The translations under genes and the position numbers were made by a program. This document shows positions 27,936 through 36,471 of a DNA stretch of 64,000 bases, one piece after another; position 1 is the first letter of the stretch; each line of letters starts with the position of its first letter. The DNA is from a virus, in the IMG/VR virus record IMGVR_UViG_3300037200_000120, positions 1 through 64,000 of that record; one strand, 5' to 3'. The notes below the pieces were generated by a model. It did not search any database, was not told the origin of the DNA, and saw only the letters and a program-made list of their open reading frames with translations.

Positions 27936-28156
27936 GCAAGTGGATCAATGATCGCTACCCAGAATTAGGTCCGAAGAAGCGCTATGAGGATCTACTGGAC
28001 GTGATCGTTGCCTTCCGCAGCACAAGGCACGATCCGATCGTTATGGAAGGCTCGACGGGGCCGGAACGAACCTTCTGGTCGAAAGGCGAGTTGGTTGGAC
28101 ACGCTTGGCCGACCGACATGGGATTGAAATCGTATTGGGCCAGAATCACCCCGTGA
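27932..28156 (+). CDS. Hypothetical protein
   Basis: GAGG RBS, ATGA overlap. Confidence 0.55.
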   Translation: MSKWINDRYPELGPKKRYEDLLDVIVAFRSTRHDPIVMEGSTGPERTFWSKGELVGHAWPTDMGLKSYWARITP

Positions 28157-28163
28157 CGCGCCC

Positions 28164-28778
28164 TCAGTTTGCCGTAGGCGCGGGCGATAGCGTTGGGGCC
28201 GGCGTTGCCGTGCTGGCACGAACCGCTGTAAGCGCAATCGGCGTGATCTTCGAGCATGCCGCCGAAAGCGACGGAAGAGGCATCCCGATTCCGAAAGCCG
28301 AAATCTGGTTCGTTTCTTCGTTGAAGACCTGCGTACAAGCCGAGTTCTCGCAAAGCTGCTTGAGCGCTATTTGAAGCGAGCGGAGCGCCTGGAAATCCGT
28401 TGCCAGGTGCAGGGTGACGGGCAGCGGATGCGCCTTGATCAAGGTCGCGATCGGCGTCATAGCCTGCCAGCAGGCCGCGCCGTTGCCGTCGCCAGCGGAA
28501 ACCGCGAGCGCTTGAGCTGACGCGAAATCGCTCGTCACGAAATCGATCAGCGGTTGCAGCGCGCTCGTCAGGCTGGCCTCGCCGTTGGTGATTGCGGTTG
28601 TGACGTCGGCCACCGGATTTCCGGTGACGAGGACCGGCAATGACGGCAGAGTGACCAACGGGTGCTTTTTGAGCCCATTGATCGCGTCGATGCTGTCGGC
28701 GTGGGCGAAGGTCGCGGCAAAGCATAGCGCGGCGAACGCGCCACAAAAGACGTATTTTCTCATGGTCATTGTTAGCAT
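28164..28778 (-). CDS. Secreted Cys-containing protein of the lysis region
   Basis: Signal peptide MRKYVFCGAFAALCFAATFAHA. Start is uncertain. Confidence 0.65.
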   Translation of the reverse strand: MLTMTMRKYVFCGAFAALCFAATFAHADSIDAINGLKKHPLVTLPSLPVLVTGNPVADVTTAITNGEASLTSALQPLIDFVTSDFASAQALAVSAGDGNGAACWQAMTPIATLIKAHPLPVTLHLATDFQALRSLQIALKQLCENSACTQVFNEETNQISAFGIGMPLPSLSAACSKITPIALTAVRASTATPAPTLSPAPTAN

Positions 28779-29019
28779 ATCCTATTGACTTGTCAAGAGT
28801 TTTCAGGCTACTGTGCGGGTGGCGTTCAATTCCTTTGGAAGCGCGCGCGAAGCCAATCCATGTCCCAGACCGGCGAGATTGTCTGACGCCGGCCGTATCT
28901 ATCGTCGACAAGCATGCACGGCCCTTCGAGCCCGTAAGGGCCGAAGCAAAACGACCATGCCTTGACCTTGACCAACCGGCAATCGTCGCCGGCTAGCCAG
29001 AGAAAGAATCGGCCTAGGA

Positions 29020-29235
29020 TCATGACAGCGTCTTGATTTCCGTCGTCGCGAATTCGTTCACGAGCGCCAGAATGCCGGGAACGGAACTCGCCCACATCGG
29101 GCCGAGCGCCGACCAATCGACGCCAGACAGGTATTTGAAGAAGACGGGGATGAGCGCGCCGGCCATGCCGATCAAGATATGCCGCCAGTCGAGTGCGGGC
29201 TTGGCGGGAGGCGTGGGAGTTGATGCGTTGGACAT
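29020..29235 (-). CDS. Holin-like two-TM protein
   Basis: 71 aa with two hydrophobic segments, GAGG RBS, downstream of the endolysin. Confidence 0.55.
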   Translation of the reverse strand: MSNASTPTPPAKPALDWRHILIGMAGALIPVFFKYLSGVDWSALGPMWASSVPGILALVNEFATTEIKTLS

Positions 29236-29254
29236 TTGGTCTTTTCCTCTTGGT

Positions 29255-29611
29255 TTATGATTGTTTGGTCAGTTCGTACCCCCAACCCCACCTTGTTCTG
29301 ATGACGATTCCGTGCGGGGCCAGTTTCGGCCGCATGCGCGTTATCAGCACGTTCAAGTGGTTCGGGGAGGCGGAATCGTCGGTCCGCGATGTCGGGACAT
29401 TCTTGATCGCGCCCTCTAGTACTTCTCTTGAAGCCGATCCGCTGCGCTGCAGCGTTCTGAGAACGGCGAGTTGCTGCGGAGACAGCCTGTGTGGATTGTC
29501 GGCCGGCTCAGGCGCGAGTTGCGCTTTCAGGGATTTGACCTGGTCGCGAAGGCCCTCGTTTTCGTCCTCCAAATCCGATATTCGGCGCGCGAGAAAATCG
29601 GAAAGCGCCAC
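29255..29611 (-). CDS. Coiled-coil plus OmpR/CtrA-type winged-helix protein
   Basis: LNVLITRMRPKLAPHGIVIRTRWGWGYEL. Confidence 0.75.
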   Translation of the reverse strand: MALSDFLARRISDLEDENEGLRDQVKSLKAQLAPEPADNPHRLSPQQLAVLRTLQRSGSASREVLEGAIKNVPTSRTDDSASPNHLNVLITRMRPKLAPHGIVIRTRWGWGYELTKQS

Positions 29612-30096
29612 GAGGCCTTACGCCGCGTTCTGCGGTTTCATTTCCGCGAGCACGATGTATCCGAATCTTTCGAATTCCGCTCGCGTCTTTTCATCGCGGC
29701 GTCGACCGATCGCACGGCCAATCAAGAGGAAGACGACCGCCGTGACGAGGTTAGATCCGACGAAAGCGAGGATCAAGCGGACGCCCTTTCGGGTAGTGGT
29801 ACAGTTTGAATTCTCCGCCGCTTGACAGCCCTTTGAGGCGACCCGCCATCCGTGCCATAATTCCGGCATGACAGAAAAACGCCTCCCCCGTCCACGCGAC
29901 CCCATACAGCTCGGCAAATTGCTCGGCGATATCCTCACCGGAAAATCGCGCAAGACGCGGCAAAAAAGCGTTGGGGAAAATAAGGCGAAATCTTCGCTTT
30001 CATCCCCTACCTATCGACTCCCTATTTTTTCCCTTGCGCCCATCGCTAATTCGTCTATATGGCGAAATTGGACGCGAGGCTTGGCTATGAACATGG

Positions 30097-30571
30097 ATGA
30101 GCAAGAGCGAGGTTCTTCTGACCGCCAGCGACCTTCTAAAGTGGCGCGAGGAAGATAAGCGATTAGACGAGCAAATTCGCGAGCTGCAACAGAGGCGTAG
30201 CGAGAACAAGCGCAGGCTGGATGCGGCGGAAGTTTTCGCCGATGTCTTGGCAATCGCGCCAGCGCCGGCTCCCGCCCCCACGGAGGAAAACGAGCGCGAG
30301 TCGGACGAGCCCTCCGATTCGCTACCGGTTCTCTTAGTCGCTAATCTCCTTGAGACGGGCGATTCTCTCCAACATCAAGCAAATTAAACAGCGCCTGATC
30401 GACATGGGGCACGGAGATAGGGTCAAGGCGCAGCCGAATTATCACTATGCCACCACGTATCGTCTGACGAGGAGTGGCAAACTAATAAAGCGCGGCTCAA
30501 AATATCGGGCAGCGCCGATCAGTTCCTCGGAAGAGGAAACGGAGGCCGTGGGGGCCTCCGTCCGTCCGTAA
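30097..30571 (+). pseudogene. Frameshifted coiled-coil plus winged-helix gene
   Basis: 30097..30387 and 30350..30571 join into one plausible protein if one C near 30370 is removed. Confidence 0.6.
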
Positions 30572-30733
30572 AGTCACCCGCTAGAGGAAGTGTAGTAGGC
30601 CCCCTGGCCGGGGCCTCGAAAGGGGTATGGGGTACATGACATAGACCTAGGCCATATAGGCTCCCACAGCCCGCGCGCGATCCGAAAGGCTAGCGCGCGG
30701 GTGCCTTTTTATCACAATCGAATCTTTTTGGCA

Positions 30734-31027
30734 ATGGCTAGTTCAAAGAACTTTGAGGAACAAAGAGCCGAGCGGTTGCGGCAGTTGGATCAAGAAGCGC
30801 GCGAGCTTAACATAAAGCTGGCGCGCGCGAATGCTGACAAGGCGCGCATCGATAGCGAGACGGCGCGCATAAAGGATGGCAAGCCGCCAGGCTACTTTTG
30901 TCCTGACTGCTGGTTGCATGATGGCGTAGTTCATCCGCTTGTCTCCGTGTCTGTGGATAACCCGATTCCGCGAACCGACACCTTTCGCTGCAATGGGTGC
31001 CGCTATGAGGAAGTTAGGAATGTTTGA
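30734..31027 (+). CDS. Zinc-finger passenger protein
   Basis: Coiled coil, then CPDC...CNGC. Confidence 0.55.
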   Translation: MASSKNFEEQRAERLRQLDQEARELNIKLARANADKARIDSETARIKDGKPPGYFCPDCWLHDGVVHPLVSVSVDNPIPRTDTFRCNGCRYEEVRNV

Positions 31028-31148
31028 AAAATCGATGCGCACTCGGGAGGCTGAAAAAGAGCGAAATAAATAGACCCCTCGACTCGACTCGGCACCGTTC
31101 CCGTGCTTCAATATCCATTAAAAATTAGGATACGCGAATGGACGGAAC

Positions 31149-31400
31149 ATGGGGAAAATCTCAATAGCGCTGATATCCGCAGCCCTTCTTTCCGGATGCG
31201 TTACGGCTCAGGATATCGCAGCGAATGACGATGATGCGTGCCAGTCCTACGGCGCCCAACCTGGTAGCCAAGCCTACTTCCAATGTCGGATGGCTAAGGA
31301 CCAGCAGCGGCAGGCGAACAATGCGGCGCTTGTCGGCGCCTACCTAAGCCGGCCACAGCCGCAGCCATATGTGCTCCAAATACCGCAACAACATTATTGA
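31149..31400 (+). CDS. Small lipoprotein
   Basis: Lipobox LLSGC; DDDACQSYGAQPGSQAYFQCRM. Confidence 0.75.
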   Translation: MGKISIALISAALLSGCVTAQDIAANDDDACQSYGAQPGSQAYFQCRMAKDQQRQANNAALVGAYLSRPQPQPYVLQIPQQHY

Positions 31401-31408
31401 GGGGTATC

Positions 31409-31594
31409 ATGTCGGATCGATACACGAAGACCGTTCTCACTGTAATCGCCATTTGTCTAGTGGTAATAGCCTTCCAAGGCCGCGCCACTGACCATGCTTA
31501 CGCCCAAACCGGTCCTGTCCACGTTATCGTGGACAGCGTCGCTTCGTTCGCGCTTCAGTTTGCGGGACCGCTCGCGGTAAAAGTCCAACCCTAA
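31409..31594 (+). CDS. Small exported protein
   Basis: MSDRYTKTVLTVIAICLVVIAF signal-like start; GAGGGG RBS. Confidence 0.6.
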   Translation: MSDRYTKTVLTVIAICLVVIAFQGRATDHAYAQTGPVHVIVDSVASFALQFAGPLAVKVQP

Positions 31595-31638
31595 AGGCGC
31601 GAGGGAAAAATCCCGCGCCTCAAATTCAAACTGTACCA

Positions 31639-32481
31639 CTACCCCCTTTCGAGAGCGGCCCACGTCTTCGGCCCGATCAGACCGTCGATATAGAGCCCAT
31701 GAGCCCCTTGAAACTTGGCGATAGCGTTGCGTGTCAGCGTCCCGGCCTGCCCGTCGACCGTGAGCGGCGGCTGCGCGCCGGCTTTGTTGAGTCGGAACTG
31801 CAGGTCTGCCACAGAGCCGAGCGGATAGGTCGATGCTGTCGGATGAACGATCGTGTCGCCTGGCTCATTCCGCGCCGCGCCGCCGTGGGACGGTTCAGGC
31901 AGGACGTTCGGCGGCAGTTCGACCTGATGGGGGGCGGGCAACCCGTGGAGCGCCCAAGTCGGCAGCGGATCGCCGGTGCCGAGATTGGCGTAGTGGATTC
32001 CGACGTGAGTTTCGAAGCTCCGCCACGTCGCATCGCCGACGCCGCAGATATCCACATGCCCTCCGCCGGCCCCGCCGAGATCGTGGTGGCAGCAATAGCC
32101 CCGTCCCTGGCCGCCCTCGGCCCACTGGCGAGGAATCCCATAGGCGTGCAGCAGCCAGGCCACCGCCCACGCGAGGCCGTCCAGCGTCTTGTCGGCGACG
32201 CCCTTGGCGGTGAAGCCGGGCGCCTCGATCGAAACGCCCCGCGAGTTGAACGCGCACTGCGCCCAGGCCTTCATCGACAGCGGGACCAGCTGGGTGAATT
32301 CCGAGCCGTCGTCGTTCATGCACAGATGCGCCGACGCGCCGGCCTGACCAGAACAGAGCCACGAAATCGATCCCAGATAGCCACCCTCCATAAGATGGCA
32401 AATCACCAAATCATGCGAGATCGGCGTTGGAGAATAGTTTGGAGATGGTATTTGTTTTATGACGGGGAGGTCAAACGCCAT
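31639..32481 (-). CDS. Endolysin: N-acetylmuramoyl-L-alanine amidase plus peptidoglycan-binding domain
   Basis: SPNYS..ICHLMEG..SAH..AW..SIE..HHDL..HVD; VDGQAGTLTRNAIAKFQGAHGLYIDGLIGPKTW. Confidence 0.9.
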   Translation of the reverse strand: MAFDLPVIKQIPSPNYSPTPISHDLVICHLMEGGYLGSISWLCSGQAGASAHLCMNDDGSEFTQLVPLSMKAWAQCAFNSRGVSIEAPGFTAKGVADKTLDGLAWAVAWLLHAYGIPRQWAEGGQGRGYCCHHDLGGAGGGHVDICGVGDATWRSFETHVGIHYANLGTGDPLPTWALHGLPAPHQVELPPNVLPEPSHGGAARNEPGDTIVHPTASTYPLGSVADLQFRLNKAGAQPPLTVDGQAGTLTRNAIAKFQGAHGLYIDGLIGPKTWAALERG

Positions 32482-32494
32482 GCGTAATTTCCCA

Positions 32495-32523
32495 TTGCGG
32501 TTTTCGCGCGGATTCGCTATTGT
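32495..32523 (+). promoter_or_regulatory. sigma70 promoter of RNA-1
   Basis: TTGCGG-N17-TATTGT; the stem's first G is 7 nt after the -10 box. Confidence 0.65.
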
Positions 32524-32529
32524 TTTCGC

Positions 32530-32716
32530 GGATGCGCGGCGTCGCGCCAACGGCGGATGATAGAGTAACCATCCTCGATTCAAACATCCGCGGATAGACG
32601 GGAAACTTTGTTGGCGAGTGTCCGAAGCCGCCAAACCTGCCAGCCGGAAGGCAGTAGTCAAAAAGATCGGGTTAAATCGGACAGAAAGCTGCTGTTGAGC
32701 CGTCCGCGCATCCACC
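32530..32716 (+). ncRNA. Candidate ncRNA-1 (187 nt) with terminal 10-bp stem and ACC end
   Basis: GGATGCGCGG...CCGCGCATCC-ACC; no credible ORF. Confidence 0.6.
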
Positions 32717-32751
32717 TACAACCCCCGCAAATTCATTTTGCAAGGCCGCAC

Positions 32752-32780
32752 TTGCGATTCCGCTGAGATTTCGCTATTGT
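32752..32780 (+). promoter_or_regulatory. sigma70 promoter of RNA-2
   Basis: TTGCGA-N17-TATTGT with the same spacing to the stem. Confidence 0.65.
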
Positions 32781-32786
32781 TTTCTC

Positions 32787-32918
32787 GGATGCACGGCAGC
32801 GTGGAGATCGCCCCCTGAAAAGCCTAGGGTTGGCCTGATCGGGCGGAGAGTTTGGCAGTAGCTAAGCCAAGTTGAGATAGAACCAAGTTCGGGTAATGCC
32901 CGGCCCGCGCATCCACCA
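32787..32918 (+). ncRNA. Candidate ncRNA-2 (132 nt) with terminal stem and ACCA end
   Basis: GGATGCACGG...CCGCGCATCC-ACCA. Confidence 0.6.
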
Positions 32919-32925
32919 ACTGAAA

Positions 32926-33065
32926 ACGTGTAGCTCAAGGGTAGAGCGATTTCGCAGAAACAGAGGAAATAGCTGCTGTTCTTGGCCATCGGCCGATGGT
33001 TGCAGGTTCACATGAATAAAACTCTGCGGAGCGATCTATGGAACCGGGTTCGAGTCCCGGCGCGT
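32926..33065 (+). ncRNA. tRNA-like RNA with an expanded anticodon domain
   Basis: D-arm TAGCTCAAGGGTAGAGC, T-arm CCGGG-TTCGAGT-CCCGG, 5-bp acceptor ACGTG/CGCGT, about 88-nt branched insert. Confidence 0.6.
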
Positions 33066-33341
33066 AGCCTACAACCCCCGCAAATTGATGACCCGCCAGC
33101 ACAGCCACGCCACGAACAGACATCCCGCGATATCCCATCCATGTTGCTGGATCGCTTGGAGCACCATCGACAAACCTAACCTACAGAGAGGTATCCATGC
33201 CGATCGACTGGCAGCCCTACGACAGCATGCCCCGAGACGGGACCTGCATCGAACGTCGCGTCAGTCCTTCAACGGCCTCGATGATCGCCTGCTCGCCGTG
33301 CGGGGCGGCGGCGCGGAGTTGGGCGGGGGTGAGGGTGGGCA

Positions 33342-34910
33342 TCACGGTTTCCTTCGCCGCACAACGACAAATGTCAGCCCCGCGCACCAAAGCGCGAGAA
33401 TGCCTACCGCGATCATCAACAGATCGACGCGTCGTTTTTCCTCACTGATTGCTGCCACGAGAACCGCCGTCAATTCCTGATAGCGAACCCCGTGAAGTTT
33501 TCCATCCGCATCGTGGGCAACCAAACGCGGGTCGATACTCTCTAGTTGATGCGCTCCTAGGAATGGCTGCTCTTCTTTGTCACCCGCGTATTCTGGTGTA
33601 TCTTTCTTCCATGTTCCCCAGAATGGTTGCATCTGCGTAACTTCATCGAGGGCTTTTGCTCCATCGAGCGCTTCTGTCTTATCCTTCAATTCTTCCAACG
33701 AGAGAAGACATGTCGTGGTCGTGTCTACCGTTAGGTTTCCAGTACCGGTCGTCCAGCACACCGTCCCCGTTGTCGCTAGGCTAGAAGAAACAAGCGCTGG
33801 CATTGTTACTGCCCCCGGAAGTGTTGCGACTGATGTTGATGGCGTTCCGGCTCCAGAGATCGTGAAGACCCGTCCACCGCCTGCGCACAGCGCTACGACG
33901 TTGCTCTCGTTGCCGTTAGCACAAGCGTCTGCCCCCGTTCCAGCATTTACGATAAAATCATTGTTGCCGGACGTGATCGCCGAGCCGGAGCGTTCGCCTA
34001 TGAGAATATCGCTCGCGCCGGAAGTGAGAGCGCTTCCTGACAGATAGCCGATCACAACCGACGTATTGCCGGAAACTGTGCCAGCCGAATTTGTCCCGGA
34101 GCTCCCTCCAGCTTCGTATCCGATGTAGACGGACCCTATGTTTGCTGCATTTCGCCCTGCGCCGCTGCCGAACGCAGTCAGAAAATTCGCCTGAGTTTCT
34201 ATGTTCCGCAGGGCATCAGTACCAAACACCGACATGCCTTGAACGGCAATCGCAGAAAGCCCGCTTCCGCTGCCGCCGGCGTTAAGACCGAAACACGAGT
34301 TGTAGAAAGATGCGCCCCCAACGCCGAAGCAAGATCTTTCCCCGAACGCGGTATTTTCGGCTCCAGCTATAGAAAAGCTCGACGCCGCATCAAGCTGACT
34401 GAAGTTGAGGAAGAAATTTCCGTTCGATTGCGCCGAGCCGCCTTGCGAAAGACCTGCTGGTTGAACATAAGATGCAATGACGCCGAGTAGCCCTGTAACA
34501 TTCAGCCCCGTACCGCTTCCTGTCGTTGCCGCCTGCGAGCAACTGACCAGCCCGCTAGGAACCGCGCCTGACGAAATGCCTGGGTTCTGCACTACTACCT
34601 GCGTAGGAGATCCTGTCGTAACCGCGAGTATCCCTATCGTCGGAGAGGTTGAAAAACTCACTCCAGGACATTGAAGTGTAACCTGATCCCCCGCTGCATA
34701 ATTCGTCATCGTTCCGGTCGGAGCGCCGATGCCGCTCTGAGCAAGACCGAATTGAAGGCCTCCGAAGTTGGCCACCGCAGAGCCCAAAGGTGTCGGCCCA
34801 CCCGGCGCCATCGGGCCGCCCTGCCCAGGAACCTGCGCCATGCAAATCTGCGCGCCGAGAACGACGGCGAGCACAGCGGTGAAGAGGCGGGAAAGAATGA
34901 ACCTGATCAT
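33342..34910 (-). CDS. Fibre-like protein with a C-terminal S74-type intramolecular chaperone
   Basis: Gly-rich beta repeats; LSLEELKD...FLGAHQLESIDPRLV...GVRYQELTAVLVAAISE; signal peptide and C-terminal TM. Confidence 0.8.
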   Translation of the reverse strand: MIRFILSRLFTAVLAVVLGAQICMAQVPGQGGPMAPGGPTPLGSAVANFGGLQFGLAQSGIGAPTGTMTNYAAGDQVTLQCPGVSFSTSPTIGILAVTTGSPTQVVVQNPGISSGAVPSGLVSCSQAATTGSGTGLNVTGLLGVIASYVQPAGLSQGGSAQSNGNFFLNFSQLDAASSFSIAGAENTAFGERSCFGVGGASFYNSCFGLNAGGSGSGLSAIAVQGMSVFGTDALRNIETQANFLTAFGSGAGRNAANIGSVYIGYEAGGSSGTNSAGTVSGNTSVVIGYLSGSALTSGASDILIGERSGSAITSGNNDFIVNAGTGADACANGNESNVVALCAGGGRVFTISGAGTPSTSVATLPGAVTMPALVSSSLATTGTVCWTTGTGNLTVDTTTTCLLSLEELKDKTEALDGAKALDEVTQMQPFWGTWKKDTPEYAGDKEEQPFLGAHQLESIDPRLVAHDADGKLHGVRYQELTAVLVAAISEEKRRVDLLMIAVGILALWCAGLTFVVVRRRKP

Positions 34911-35392
34911 TTGAAATACACCGCAGTCCAAGTCCCCGTCGAGGCGACTTGGTTTATGAGGGAGAAGCTGGAAAGGACGGTCGCCCCTTGCTCGAAAAGA
35001 CAACTCCCCGACAGCAGCGGCGTGCCGACAGTCGGTGCAACTCCTGTCGTCGGCGTGCCGTTCGTGGAGTCGACGAAATTGAACGCGCCCCCGATTGCGC
35101 AGACGCGGACGTAGAGAGCTCCGGATGGGATGGTCAGTGTGGTCGCTGACGTGGCTGTCTGGTTGTATTGACCGCCGGCCATTGCCGTGAACGGATACGG
35201 GACGGCGTAGGCATAGGTCGGCGTGCCTGAACTTCCCGCCGGCCCCGTGCAAGGCCCCCCGCCCGTAGGGCAACCTCCCAAAGGCACGACGCTAGGCACG
35301 ATCGTTCCCCCGCTGTCCTTATACGTCTGCCCCATCGCCGGCAGCATCAACCACGCGAGCGCGAGCGCCGCGAGAAGCGGTTTGCGAAGCAT
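34907..35392 (-). CDS. Virion-region protein with a signal peptide
   Basis: MLRKPLLAALALAWLMLPAMG-Q; LTIPSGA..VRV...F.D.....PT...VGTPL. Confidence 0.7.
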   Translation of the reverse strand: MLRKPLLAALALAWLMLPAMGQTYKDSGGTIVPSVVPLGGCPTGGGPCTGPAGSSGTPTYAYAVPYPFTAMAGGQYNQTATSATTLTIPSGALYVRVCAIGGAFNFVDSTNGTPTTGVAPTVGTPLLSGSCLFEQGATVLSSFSLINQVASTGTWTAVYFK

Positions 35393-35421
35393 TGTCAGAG
35401 CCTTTCGGGGGAGATTGTTTC

Positions 35422-36471
35422 CTAGGATACCGGATAAATGCATTCGAATATCACCTGAGCCCCTGTCAGCGTTACGTTAGTTACCTGGCCCGCGTTAGTG
35501 AAAAACTTCGCCGTCGTGGAGGCCTGTACGGGTAGAAGGTACAGTGCCCCAGCCAACGAGGCATAGGATATCTGACACTGCTGTGCATAGGGCGCATTCG
35601 CAACCGTCAAGGGAAAACCGCCAATGATCGCGTTCGACGCGCTGGCCGTCGACGGGTAGGTTAACTGCGCGTAGGCGAACACCATGTTGCCGAGACGGGT
35701 GTAGCCCGCCGAGACGCCCGTGAAAGTCAGGCTGGCTCCGCTGGCATCGGTCGGCGTCCACGATCCCGGGCTTACCGTTTGATTTGAGATCGCCCCGACT
35801 GTCGTCGAGAGCGACCCCGCCGTGTTCGTAACGTCGCCTGTCAATGCCGGGAATTGTGCCGCCTGAAGCGTTCCGGTCAGCGACGACGCTGCCGGAGTGA
35901 TCGTCGCCGAACTGACGGCCGTAAGCTGACCAGCCGCGTTGTAGGTGATGATTGGGGCGACCGTCGCGGACCCTGTCGGGCCGCCTGCCGAAATGACGCC
36001 GCCGAGCGGGACGGTGGACGACGACGTCCCCGTGGGAATCTGAGCAATCGGCACCGTGCCGGAGTTGACCTCGGAGCCCGCGATCGACTTATTGGTCAGC
36101 GTCTGCGCGTCCGTCGTCCCGACGATCGCGCCTGCGGGAAGGCCTTTGCCGCCGTCCTGGATTGTTTGACCTGTTGTCCCGCTGAACGTCGCCACGTCGC
36201 CGTTCGTCGATGATACGGGGCCAGCAATACATGGTCCACTGCCCGGTCCGAGCACTCCAGAGGCGAACGCGGCGCAAGCCGTGCCGGCCCCGGTGACGGC
36301 CAGATCTCCGGTCCCGAATGTTTGCAGCGCGAGCCAGTTGTAGGCGATCCCGATAATCGCAGGGAGCAGCGGGATCGCGGGCGAATCCTGTTGCGCCGAC
36401 GCAGCCGACGCGAAGATGAACAGCCACGCCGCGAGCAGCGCGCGGGCGAGTATGCTCGCCGATCTCATCAT
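35422..36471 (-). CDS. Tail-fibre-like protein
   Basis: IVGTTDAQTLTNKSI, LTGDVT, GSWTP...AGYTRLGNMV receptor-binding-type C-terminus; signal peptide. Confidence 0.75.
   Translation of the reverse strand: MMRSASILARALLAAWLFIFASAASAQQDSPAIPLLPAIIGIAYNWLALQTFGTGDLAVTGAGTACAAFASGVLGPGSGPCIAGPVSSTNGDVATFSGTTGQTIQDGGKGLPAGAIVGTTDAQTLTNKSIAGSEVNSGTVPIAQIPTGTSSSTVPLGGVISAGGPTGSATVAPIITYNAAGQLTAVSSATITPAASSLTGTLQAAQFPALTGDVTNTAGSLSTTVGAISNQTVSPGSWTPTDASGASLTFTGVSAGYTRLGNMVFAYAQLTYPSTASASNAIIGGFPLTVANAPYAQQCQISYASLAGALYLLPVQASTTAKFFTNAGQVTNVTLTGAQVIFECIYPVS

Larger units (their letters stand above)
29792..31643 (+). mobile_element. Non-autonomous TIR element (IS1-family-like ends), 1852 bp
   Basis: 21-bp perfect TIR GGTAGTGGTACAGTTTGAATT / AATTCAAACTGTACCACTACC; 8-bp TSD CCCTTTCG (29784-29791 and 31644-31651); no transposase ORF. 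Confidence 0.9.

Noticed and set aside
32482-32715. 78-aa N-terminal extension of the endolysin
   Set aside because: The amidase domain starts at ATG 32481. The extension overlaps the promoter/ncRNA cassette and lacks protein-like composition.
32926-33068. Functional decoding tRNA
   Set aside because: There is no 7-nt anticodon loop, the acceptor stem is incomplete and there is no CCA. It is reported only as tRNA-like.
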